In this document: piece after piece, positions 19,513 through 28,148 of the stretch
Layout: every line of letters starts with the position of its first letter
Position numbering within the stretch: the stretch's first letter is position 1
Assembly (NCBI GenBank): GCA_043813875.1
Contig: JBDRKP010000039.1
Coordinates: 1 to 41,055, forward strand
Length of the DNA: 41,055 nucleotides
Direction: 5' to 3'
Origin: an archaeon
GTDB lineage: Archaea; EX4484-52; B79-G9
Notes under the pieces: model-generated
Databases searched by the model: none
The model's input: only the letters and a program-made list of their open reading frames with translations
What the model was told of the DNA's origin: nothing
Made by a program: the position numbers and the translations under genes

Positions 19513-19696
19513 TATAGTTCATGTCGTTAAAAAATGGACAAATTGACCGAAAAACAAAACGACATTAACTAGATGTAAATGTCATCAGTCCATTTTGAGA
19601 TATGCTCAAAAGCCTGATACGTCAGGATCATGATTTTGAACGTAAGTTCAAAAGCTTGACACTCAAAGCCTTGAAAAAGTTATGACATTTACTATA
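19513..19696 (+). repeat. Dispersed modular hairpin element, copy 1 (MITE/REPIN-like or structured ncRNA)
   Basis: Ends TATAGT...ACTATA. Stem A TAGTTCATGTC/GACATTAACTA; stem B GTAAATGTCAT/ATGACATTTAC enclosing two hairpin pairs. Homologous to the elements at 27965 and 38579. Confidence 0.78.
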
Positions 19697-19756
19697 TTTT
19701 AAGATAAGAGGCCGATTCAAAAAGCTTCATTTAAATATCGGGAAGAAAGCCATTAC

Positions 19757-20659
19757 TCAAAACTCGACCAGTCTCTCAAACTCCTTATACCGCTTCAAGA
19801 TATCATCCCTGGTAATCTTCTTCAGCTTGTTCAGGCTGAAATCCTCTGCATTGAAAGACGCTATAGAGCTCCCGAATATTATCGCCTTCCTCATATTCTC
19901 GACAGAGACATCATCAGTGCTGGCAAGATATCCCATGATTCCTCCCGCAAACGAATCACCCGCACCGGTCGGATCCTTCAGGTCCTCAAGCGGATAAGCA
20001 GGCGCAGAAAAGCACATGCCGTCAGTGAAAAGAAGCGCTCCATGCTCTCCCTTCTTTATTATGACCGCATCCGGCCCCACTTTCAACAACATGCGCGCAG
20101 CACGCACAAGATTTGGAGTATTCATAAGCTGCCTTGCCTCAGCATCATTGATCAAAAGAAGATTGACTTTGCCGATGATCTTCATCAGCTCATCCCTCTT
20201 GGTACTGATCCAGAAATTCATGGTATCCAGCGCAACAAACTTCGCATTCTTCAACTGTAAAAAGACATCAAGCTGCAGCACAGGATCGATATTGGCAAGG
20301 AACAGGTATTTTGCCTCAAGATACTTAGGCGGTATCTTCGGCCTGAAACTGGAAAACACATTCAGCTGGGTATCAGTCGTATGCGCCTGATTCATATCAA
20401 ACTCATAATATCCAGACCACCGAAACGTCTTTCCGGGAACGACCTCAAGGCCGTCTGTCGCGATATTCCTCTTGTTCAGAAAATCAATATGCTCGCGCGG
20501 GAAATCCTCACCCACAACACCGACAAGCCCAGGCCTGCAGAAGATGCTTGCAGCGACAGACGAGTAAGTGGCAGCGCCACCCAGGATATCCTTCACATCA
20601 CCGAACGGCGTCTTGACAGAATCAAGAGCAATCGAACCCACAACAACCAAGTCAACCAT
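19757..20659 (-). CDS. PfkB/ribokinase-family carbohydrate or nucleoside kinase
   Basis: GSIALD, LGGAATY, INDAEA, KKGEHGA and DPTGAGDSFAGG motifs. Confidence 0.9.
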   Translation of the reverse strand: MVDLVVVGSIALDSVKTPFGDVKDILGGAATYSSVAASIFCRPGLVGVVGEDFPREHIDFLNKRNIATDGLEVVPGKTFRWSGYYEFDMNQAHTTDTQLNVFSSFRPKIPPKYLEAKYLFLANIDPVLQLDVFLQLKNAKFVALDTMNFWISTKRDELMKIIGKVNLLLINDAEARQLMNTPNLVRAARMLLKVGPDAVIIKKGEHGALLFTDGMCFSAPAYPLEDLKDPTGAGDSFAGGIMGYLASTDDVSVENMRKAIIFGSSIASFNAEDFSLNKLKKITRDDILKRYKEFERLVEF

Positions 20660-20665
20660 ATCACT

Positions 20666-21181
20666 CTACTCCCCGTACTTGACAAGACTATAGACAGGAT
20701 ACTTGATCTTATCCTTCCCTTTGAGCGCCGCAAGCTCGATCAGGACACAGATCCCGACAATCTTTCCTTCAAGCTTCTCGACAAGCTCGACAGTAGCAGC
20801 AAGAGTGCCTCCTGTTGCAAGCAAATCATCAACTATAAGCACATTCTGGCCGGGAGTGATCGCATCCTTGTGGATCTCAAGCCCGTCGTCTCCATATTCC
20901 TTCGTGTAAGTCGCCCGGATAGTCTGTGCAGGAAGCTTTCCCTGTTTTCTTACAGGCACAAAGCCGGCAACAAGCCTGTCCGCAAGCGCCCCGCCGAGCA
21001 TATATCCCCTCGACTCGATGCCGACCACAAGATCAATCTCTCTGTCCTCATAATGCTTCTCAAGCTTATCGAGAGCCATTTTAAATGCGCGCCCGTCTTT
21101 AAGAAGCGTTGTGATATCATAGTAGAGTATCCCCTTCTTCGGATAATCCGGTATTTTCCTTATCCTCGAATCAAAATTCAT
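20666..21181 (-). CDS. apt: Adenine phosphoribosyltransferase
   Basis: PDYPKKGI.YYDIT, GIESRG, VRKQGKLP, EYG and VDDLLATGGT motifs. Start placed at the ATG after AGGTGA. Confidence 0.94.
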   Translation of the reverse strand: MNFDSRIRKIPDYPKKGILYYDITTLLKDGRAFKMALDKLEKHYEDREIDLVVGIESRGYMLGGALADRLVAGFVPVRKQGKLPAQTIRATYTKEYGDDGLEIHKDAITPGQNVLIVDDLLATGGTLAATVELVEKLEGKIVGICVLIELAALKGKDKIKYPVYSLVKYGE

Positions 21182-21284
21182 ATACATCACCTAAAAACCA
21201 ATATATACTGCACAATAATTATCTTGATAACTTTATAATAATAACCATACAAATTAAACAAAAAAGTTAAAAGAGGGATCTCAG

Positions 21285-22070
21285 ATGAATGCAGAAATTG
21301 GTATCATTGGCGGCACAGGAGTATACGACCCCAAGCTCCTGAAAGACAAGAAAGAAATAGAAATAGACACACCTTACGGCAAACCGTCAGACAGGATAAT
21401 CATCGGAACACTCAGAGGTAAAAAAGTAGCATTTCTCAACAGGCACGGTCCAGGCCACAAGATCCCCCCGCACATGGTGAACTACCGCGCAAACATCCAC
21501 GCGCTAAAAGAACTAGGCGTCACCCGCATCCTCTCAGCGACAGCAGTAGGATCCCTCGTAGAGGAATACATGCCCGGAGACCTTGTGATACTGGACCAGT
21601 TCATAGACAGGACCCACGGCAGGGCATCCACATACTATGATTTAGGACAGGTATGCCACATATCAGTCGCAGACCCTTTCTGTGAAGACATGCAGAGCCA
21701 CCTCATAAGAATAGGAAAAGAACTGGACTATCCCGTCCACGAAAAAGGCACCCAGGTATGCGTAAACGGCCCGCGCTTCTCGACAAGGGCAGAATCGCTG
21801 ATGTTTAAGGCATGGGGCGCCCACACCATCAATATGACGCTCGTCCCTGAATGCGTCCTTGCAAGGGAAAAAGAGATATGCTACGCATCGATCGCCATGG
21901 TGACCGACTACGACTGCTGGAAAGACCACAACGTCTCCATAGAAGACATAATAAACACGATGAAACAGAACGAACAGAAAGTAAAAAACCTGCTCATAAA
22001 AGCGATCGAAACGATACCCAAAGAACGCACCTGCGCATGCAGAGACGCACTGAAGAACGCGCTCATCTAA
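21285..22070 (+). CDS. mtnP: S-methyl-5'-thioadenosine phosphorylase
   Basis: GIIGGTG, TPYGKPS, RHG..H, NYRANI, GPRFSTRAES and VTDYDCW motifs. Confidence 0.92.
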   Translation: MNAEIGIIGGTGVYDPKLLKDKKEIEIDTPYGKPSDRIIIGTLRGKKVAFLNRHGPGHKIPPHMVNYRANIHALKELGVTRILSATAVGSLVEEYMPGDLVILDQFIDRTHGRASTYYDLGQVCHISVADPFCEDMQSHLIRIGKELDYPVHEKGTQVCVNGPRFSTRAESLMFKAWGAHTINMTLVPECVLAREKEICYASIAMVTDYDCWKDHNVSIEDIINTMKQNEQKVKNLLIKAIETIPKERTCACRDALKNALI

Positions 22071-22113
22071 GAGAAATAAGAGAACTCTAGCGCAATCTGC
22101 AAATCGTTATATT

Positions 22114-22800
22114 CTAGCAACTGAACTCATTACCCTCAGTCTCTGAACAGACTACCCGGTTATTCACGACATTGTAATACCTAAGCGCAGGATTGCTCAA
22201 CTGCTTCAGCGTGCAACACACACCGCTTGCATAATTCGAAAGGATAGCCGCCTTCTCGACCTCAAGCTGCCTCAATTGCGCCTCCTTATCATTCAGGTTT
22301 GTATTGCAGACACCAAGATTGACACCTGTGCTCGACTTCTCTGAATTGCACGCATCAAGATCAGATTTCAGGGAAGCCGAAGCACTCTGGCAAGTATTAT
22401 AATTATCATTCATTATCTGCAGCTGGCCCGTAACATCAAGTTTCTGCGTATTGCACGTATTATAAAGCTCCTGCGCACTGGAAAGGCCGGATTCACAGCC
22501 GTCGAAGCGCGACTGGAGATTAGAATAACCATCCCTTAGCTTATACAGCTCAATATTCGCATTCTGCTTTGAGAGGTGAGGAAAATCTGGATTCTGTGAT
22601 AGCATTGTATACTCCGGATCTTCATAAAACAGATTTCCTGTAATCTTAGGCCCGACAGAGACGACAAGCGCAAGCAGCACAAGAACAATCGCGACACCCA
22701 GCTTGTTTTTCGATAAAGGCTCAAAAAAATGAGATACTTTATCCTCAGAAGAACCTAATTTGGTCTTCTTCTTATCAGGATTATAATGATACTCAACCAT
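22114..22800 (-). CDS. Single-TM protein with a Cys-periodic coiled coil and a C-terminal 4-Cys cap
   Basis: TM helix near residues 34-49; Cys at 14/21/14/14-residue spacing; ends CC...C...C. Confidence 0.75.
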   Translation of the reverse strand: MVEYHYNPDKKKTKLGSSEDKVSHFFEPLSKNKLGVAIVLVLLALVVSVGPKITGNLFYEDPEYTMLSQNPDFPHLSKQNANIELYKLRDGYSNLQSRFDGCESGLSSAQELYNTCNTQKLDVTGQLQIMNDNYNTCQSASASLKSDLDACNSEKSSTGVNLGVCNTNLNDKEAQLRQLEVEKAAILSNYASGVCCTLKQLSNPALRYYNVVNNRVVCSETEGNEFSC

Positions 22801-22897
22801 ACCATAATTACATAGTCAAACGTTTATATAAATTAGCACACCCACACAAAACATTAATAACTTGAAGCGATAAATAAAGCTATCACGTAGTGATAAC

Positions 22898-23812
22898 ATG
22901 AAAACAAAAATCATATTCATATTGGCATTGCTTGCATTAATATCCTCCGTCCAAGCGTCCAGCATAGAATCTTACAAAATAATAACTGAAGTCATCGACG
23001 AAAATACAGTAAACGAGAACATCGTAATCACGCTTGCCAACAACATTGACCACGATATAGACTCGGCAACAATCTACCTGCCAAAGGAATCGGCAATAAC
23101 CTCAATCCGCGACACCTACGGCCCGCTCAAATACGACGTTTCAAAAAGCGACAATATTGCGGTAAACCTCTATTTCAAAAAACCGCTATCCTCGAACAGC
23201 AAGAGAACACTGATGATAGAAATAGAGACAAAAGAACTTGTAACATACAAAGGCGATTACTTCGAATATCTCTTGGTTTTTACACCAAAAGACAACATCT
23301 CTGACTTCGAGCACCTCCTCAAACTGCCGCAAGACGCAAAACTTTATTCGTCTGAAAGTGACTTAAGAATCATCTATCCCGAAGCAGTACAGGACAAAAA
23401 CTACGATACATTGGCATACATCTGGCACCTCGACTTAAAAGAACGGGAACCGCAGGTATTTCTGGTCCGTTTTCGGCTACCATACACAGACTGGCTGTCA
23501 ATGGCAATACTCACAGCCGAAATAATTATGGCTCTGATAATAGTGGCGACTCTCTTCCTTTACATCTCAGGTAACTACAGCAAACAAAAATTGCTAGATT
23601 CAGTAAAACTATTAAGCGAAAACGAAAAGAATATTGTCAGTTTCATAATCAAAAATGAAGGGATATCCCAACACAAACTTCAGGATGAACTTGGCTATAA
23701 GAAATCCGCAATAAGCAAGATTATAACAAGACTTGAGATAAGAGAAATCATAACAAGGAAAAAATACGGAAAAACGAATAGATTATATCTGGGAAGACGC
23801 GCAAAAAAATAG
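22898..23812 (+). CDS. Membrane-tethered winged-helix transcriptional regulator (COG2512-like)
   Basis: Signal peptide, beta-rich external domain, TM helix, then LSENEK.IV...GISQ..L...LGY.KS.ISKII.RLE.R.II.R.K.GKTN (wHTH). Confidence 0.8.
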   Translation: MKTKIIFILALLALISSVQASSIESYKIITEVIDENTVNENIVITLANNIDHDIDSATIYLPKESAITSIRDTYGPLKYDVSKSDNIAVNLYFKKPLSSNSKRTLMIEIETKELVTYKGDYFEYLLVFTPKDNISDFEHLLKLPQDAKLYSSESDLRIIYPEAVQDKNYDTLAYIWHLDLKEREPQVFLVRFRLPYTDWLSMAILTAEIIMALIIVATLFLYISGNYSKQKLLDSVKLLSENEKNIVSFIIKNEGISQHKLQDELGYKKSAISKIITRLEIREIITRKKYGKTNRLYLGRRAKK

Positions 23813-23959
23813 CCCATTTATTAACACATCGCATCTATTGTTCTCGGTTTCCATAGTTTCTCCAACAAGTAGTTATATTGTTTCCACCTATATCAGACTA
23901 CAGGCTTTGTTTCCGGGTGATATAACGCCCGGATCAGGCCAAAATAAGAGGTGAGAAAT

Positions 23960-24430
23960 GTGAATATAAAAAAAATAAGTTGTTTGTCCCTTCTGGCAGT
24001 ACTTGCAGTTCTGTTAATAACACCGAATGCAAGTGCATGGAGAGGCGTTATAGGTGACGGAGACAAGGCAATAACCTTTAACAAGGGTTTTGTATACATA
24101 CCGCAAAACGGAGTTAAAGAAGTATATCCATTCTTGGATGACTTAACAAATTACGGATACATGCCAGAAAAAGCGAAAATACACATGTATGTAACAAACC
24201 CGACATGCAGGACGCTCGAGTTTACCTACTTTATAAACGGCAAAAAATACCAGACTGTATATGTAGGCCCAGGAAGCGCGAGATTAATTGAATCGCCTGT
24301 TGATCATGACGACCTGATATATGGGGAAAAGAACACAATAACATTCGAAACATCTGCAGACCCGATAGTATCCGGCTACATGGCAACAAAATGGATAAAA
24401 ACATCATATATCGCAGAATCGACAGAATGA
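23960..24430 (+). CDS. Exported hypothetical protein
   Basis: GTG start after GAGGTGA; signal peptide ending ASA; beta-rich mature region. Confidence 0.7.
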   Translation: MNIKKISCLSLLAVLAVLLITPNASAWRGVIGDGDKAITFNKGFVYIPQNGVKEVYPFLDDLTNYGYMPEKAKIHMYVTNPTCRTLEFTYFINGKKYQTVYVGPGSARLIESPVDHDDLIYGEKNTITFETSADPIVSGYMATKWIKTSYIAESTE

Positions 24431-24485
24431 ACATATCAGAGCCAGAATTATCAAGAATTTGAAGCAGAGCAACCTGCTTTTTAAA

Positions 24486-24598
24486 ATTTTTTATTGTACA
24501 TAAAGTATATTCCAAGACAATAAAAAAGCTTGAAATTCCCCAACAGCATCTAAATTTCATGATTTTTTATTGTACATAAAGTATATACAGGCAATAAA
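24486..24598. repeat. Two exact 25-bp direct repeats, each starting an inverted repeat
   Basis: ATTTTTTATTGTACATAAAGTATAT at 24486-24510 and 24562-24586. TTTTTTATTGT (24487) pairs with ACAATAAAAAA (24517). Confidence 0.8.
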
Positions 24599-24667
24599 TC
24601 AGTACACAAAAACTATATAAACCAAGAAAAATATAAAGAACTATTAATAATTTGGAGGTGCAATCAA

Positions 24668-25684
24668 ATGAAAAGAATAACAAAAATTCTTTTTTCTGTT
24701 ATTATGCTACTCACCATGATAACAGCAATACAGCCAGTGTCTGCACAAAACCCAGGTTCTCCGCAACCGGTCCTCGAAACAACAAAAATATGGGTAAACT
24801 ACAACTACGCACTTGTGCGTATAGAAGAAGCCGAAATCGGAATGGATGCACTCATAACCTATATCGGGACTGATTTGGGAAAAGACACGGCAAAACTGGA
24901 GGCATACAAAAACGACTTGATCTCAAAACAGGACGAACTTAAAACAGTTGCAGAAAATAACCAGCCCTTAAGCCCGGTCATATCCGACATGAAAACTATC
25001 GTAAGAAGCTTCAGGGACGAAGCAAGAATCCACGTTGGAGAAAACAGGACTGGCGCATTAAATGCAATAAAAAACGCGGTTGAAGAAAACGAGAACACAA
25101 TCTATGACATGATCGCGAGTGCAAGAGCAGTACACAAACAGCACAACCTGGAAGCATTTGACTACCTGAACGAAAAAGCTCAATCAAAATTGGATGAAGG
25201 AGTATCGAAAGGAATTGATGTCACCGAGCTTCAGGCAGCACTGGACGAAATAAAACAAAAGCGGACTGAATTTGTCCAGGTAATGGATGACGCTATTGAT
25301 TCCTGCAAAGATCGCATCAGACTCCGCTGCAACACAACACAAACCCAGGAATACTTTAGAGTACGCGACGAGATAATACAGGACTACAAAGACTTAAGGG
25401 AACTTGCAAAAAACGTCGGCATGAAATACAAAATAGCAAATGCCATCGAAAACGGGAGAAATATCATCGCAAATGGGAAAACAACACTCGAGCGTGCAGA
25501 AAGCCGTAATATCGACGTGAGTGTCGAAAAAGCAAAACTGGACGAGATCTCAAAACTCGTGGACAGTGCCGAAAACAATAACAATAACGGCGACTACGAG
25601 GCAGCAATAGCCGACATGGAATCTGCAAAAGAGGCGTTCCAAGAACTGCGCGACTCAGTCAAGACAAGGAGGGGATCAAGATGA
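24668..25684 (+). CDS. Exported all-helical/coiled-coil hypothetical protein
   Basis: GGAGGTG RBS, signal peptide, amphipathic helices with an internal repeat (KGIDVTELQA.LDEI / RNIDVSVEKA.LDEI). Confidence 0.8.
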   Translation: MKRITKILFSVIMLLTMITAIQPVSAQNPGSPQPVLETTKIWVNYNYALVRIEEAEIGMDALITYIGTDLGKDTAKLEAYKNDLISKQDELKTVAENNQPLSPVISDMKTIVRSFRDEARIHVGENRTGALNAIKNAVEENENTIYDMIASARAVHKQHNLEAFDYLNEKAQSKLDEGVSKGIDVTELQAALDEIKQKRTEFVQVMDDAIDSCKDRIRLRCNTTQTQEYFRVRDEIIQDYKDLRELAKNVGMKYKIANAIENGRNIIANGKTTLERAESRNIDVSVEKAKLDEISKLVDSAENNNNNGDYEAAIADMESAKEAFQELRDSVKTRRGSR

Positions 25685-25920
25685 AGAAAGCAATGATTAT
25701 CCTGATTGTGTTGCTGGTATTCGCTGTCATGGTCAGCGGCTGCGCATCAAAAAAGCCTGTAGCACCAACGTCGGCTCCCGCAGCCCCTGAGACTAAACCT
25801 GCTTCGGCCGTGAGCATGCCAACTAACGATATCCCAACAGTCATCCCGCAAGAAGGCATTGCGATAGACGAGCCAGACTTGAGTGCAGAAACAGACGTAG
25901 ATCTTGGTTCATTGATATGA
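25681..25920 (+). CDS. Small putative lipoprotein
   Basis: VSGC lipobox-like motif, Pro/Ala linker, acidic tail ending DLGSLI; ATGA overlap with the upstream gene. Confidence 0.72.
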   Translation: MKKAMIILIVLLVFAVMVSGCASKKPVAPTSAPAAPETKPASAVSMPTNDIPTVIPQEGIAIDEPDLSAETDVDLGSLI

Positions 25921-25928
25921 ACCAGCTC

Positions 25929-25963
25929 TTTCTTTTTTTATTTCATCTTTTTTTTATTTTATT
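25929..25963 (+). terminator. Oligo-T archaeal intrinsic terminator
   Basis: Several T runs immediately after the stop at 25920, between convergent genes. Confidence 0.55.
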
Positions 25964-25980
25964 GGCCAAACAATCACAAC

Positions 25981-27072
25981 TTAAAACAATCCACGAATCG
26001 ACTTCTCATTAGCCTTTATAATACCTTTTTCAGTAATAATCCCAGTAACATACTTCGCAGGCGTCACATCAAAAGCAGGATTAAGCGCACGACTCGTCCT
26101 CGGCGCAATCCTCACCCTGGACATCCGACCAAGCTCATCCGACCACCCGAACATATAAAGCACCTCATCCTGAGAGCGCTCCTCAATCGGGATACCATCC
26201 CCATTCTTGCAGCTAATATCAATCGTAGACATAGGCGCCGCCACATAGAACGGAATCCCATTCTCATGCGCAAGAACCGCCTTCTCATAAGTACCGATCT
26301 TATTGGCCACATCACCATTAAGAGCAATCCTGTCCGCCCCCACGATAACAAGATCGACATCTCCTTTCCTCATATAATATCCTGAAGCATTATCCGCAAT
26401 CACAACGTGATTGACCCCTTCCTGCCCGAGCTCCCACGCAGTCAGGCGCGCTCCCTGGCATCTCGGCCTCGTCTCATCCGCATACACAAACACACCCTTA
26501 CCCTGACGCTTCGCCGCATAGATCGGCGAAAGCGCCGACCCCCAATCGACAAAAGCAAGCCATCCCGCATTGCAATGCGTAAGGATACGCATGTTATCAT
26601 GTATCAGCTTCTCGCCATGTCTGCCTATCATCTCGCAGGCCGACGCATTCTCATCAGCGATCTTCTGTGCCTCAGCAATCGCCGCCTTCCTCGCATCCTG
26701 CGCATCCTTCTTAGACCTGATGGCACGAGCCACCCTCGCCGTAGCATAGAAAAGATCCTGGGCAGTAGGCCGTGTACAGTTGATAACCGTCTCCGCCCGG
26801 GAGACATCATCAAGAAAATTATCTTCAGACGCCTCAATCGCAGCCTGAGCCATCGCAAAACCACCTGCAGCCCCGATCGCGCCGGCACCCCTCACAACCA
26901 TATCCTTGATAGCGCGCGCAGTATCCTGATAGCGCTTAAGCTCGACAATCTCGAAACTGTGCGGGATCTTGGGCTGATCTATCATGAAAACAGACGCACC
27001 CTCCATCCACAAAGTCCGGTACTCCCTGATATTTCCATCTAAATTCACACGGATAAAAACCACCTGACACAA
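25981..27072 (-). CDS. mtnA: S-methyl-5-thioribose-1-phosphate isomerase (start codon uncertain: 27072 TTG, 27054 ATC or 27048 GTG)
   Basis: MVVRGA, RPTA, LTHCNAG.LA, DETRP..QGARLTAWEL, GADRI..NGD.ANKIGTY and NPAFDVTP motifs. Confidence 0.92.
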   Translation of the reverse strand: MCQVVFIRVNLDGNIREYRTLWMEGASVFMIDQPKIPHSFEIVELKRYQDTARAIKDMVVRGAGAIGAAGGFAMAQAAIEASEDNFLDDVSRAETVINCTRPTAQDLFYATARVARAIRSKKDAQDARKAAIAEAQKIADENASACEMIGRHGEKLIHDNMRILTHCNAGWLAFVDWGSALSPIYAAKRQGKGVFVYADETRPRCQGARLTAWELGQEGVNHVVIADNASGYYMRKGDVDLVIVGADRIALNGDVANKIGTYEKAVLAHENGIPFYVAAPMSTIDISCKNGDGIPIEERSQDEVLYMFGWSDELGRMSRVRIAPRTSRALNPAFDVTPAKYVTGIITEKGIIKANEKSIRGLF

Positions 27073-27074
27073 GC

Positions 27075-27830
27075 CTATTTATTGAAAAGCGCTTTATTAG
27101 AAAAAAGATAGCACAATATCAATAAATATATAATCCCGCTAGGTACAAGAGAAAAATCACCGGCATAGGCAATCATAGAAATACCCACAACATCAAAAAG
27201 ATAGAACCCGAACGCGGCATAAAGACCCCACTTCTTAAAATAATACAATCCAGCCGATATCGCCACCATCACAAACGAAAAAAGCACAATGACCCCGGCA
27301 AACTCATTGACCAGCCCCAAAGCGGTCTCAAGCACAGAAAAAGCAGCAGAAAACACAGAAAACAATACAATCAAAAGCAAGCCGGACGGTCGCTTGAGCT
27401 TGGCAATGACTTTCCTTCTCACAAGATAACCATAAGCAGCCCCGATAACATAACCTCCAAGAACCACAGTCAGCAAAACATCAGCAAGAAAAGCATAAAT
27501 AGAACTATACATCTCCATCATATTATTCCATGTGGACGGTACAAAAAACAGGATCATGATGCTAATCATCTCGAAAAGCGCAATAAACACCATTCCCCGA
27601 AATACACATCTTTCACACAGGATAAACTTCTCTCCATATGCGAACAAAAGACCAATCACAGCACCCATAAAAAAAGCAGAAAACAAAGACGTGAACATAT
27701 ACTCGACAAGCGGCGTCCTGATCTGTATGAGACCCGCTTCAATCTCAAGAAACATAAGTATCCATACAACAAAAAATGCCGCTAATCCCGCGACCAATCC
27801 CTCTATCCAATGACTTTTCATCCTCTCCAT
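27075..27830 (-). CDS. Multi-pass membrane protein of unknown function
   Basis: About 8 hydrophobic segments; stop lies immediately upstream of mtnA. Confidence 0.72.
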   Translation of the reverse strand: MERMKSHWIEGLVAGLAAFFVVWILMFLEIEAGLIQIRTPLVEYMFTSLFSAFFMGAVIGLLFAYGEKFILCERCVFRGMVFIALFEMISIMILFFVPSTWNNMMEMYSSIYAFLADVLLTVVLGGYVIGAAYGYLVRRKVIAKLKRPSGLLLIVLFSVFSAAFSVLETALGLVNEFAGVIVLFSFVMVAISAGLYYFKKWGLYAAFGFYLFDVVGISMIAYAGDFSLVPSGIIYLLILCYLFSNKALFNK

Positions 27831-27964
27831 GATATCACGAAATCACAATAATTCAACAATGTACGTAATACACTTATACAGTCAGACTTATATATATTCT
27901 CAAAAGAACTTAAACCTTCAGAGAGGGATAAAGTTATATTCTTTAATCATAACAATAAACATAG

Positions 27965-28125
27965 TATAGTTGACATCGTTACCCATTGGACAAATATGGC
28001 CAATAAACCCATAGATGTCAATCTATTCTGGCGAATCCAAAAGATTCGCTGAATCCTAAAATTGCAAAACAATTTTAAGGATATGTAAAAGTCACATATT
28101 CCAAAAGGCTATGACTTTTACTTTA
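27965..28125 (+). repeat. Dispersed modular hairpin element, copy 2
   Basis: Stem A TTGACATC/GATGTCAA, one H1+H2 hairpin pair (28025-28080), stem B GTAAAAGTCA/TGACTTTTAC; ends TATAGT...ACTTTA. Confidence 0.75.
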
Positions 28126-28148
28126 AAATGAAAATGAGGGTGACTCAC

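Noticed and set aside
20381..21238. 285-aa plus-strand ORF
   Set aside because: Antisense to apt and pfkB, both of which are well supported.
24486..24586. Possible mini-CRISPR
   Set aside because: Only two AT-rich repeats with a 51-bp gap, and no cas genes or leader in the window.
25981..27072. Ribose-1,5-bisphosphate isomerase or eIF2B-like call
   Set aside because: The HCNAG.LA...G.AL and QGARLTAWEL motifs, plus mtnP nearby, fit MtnA better.
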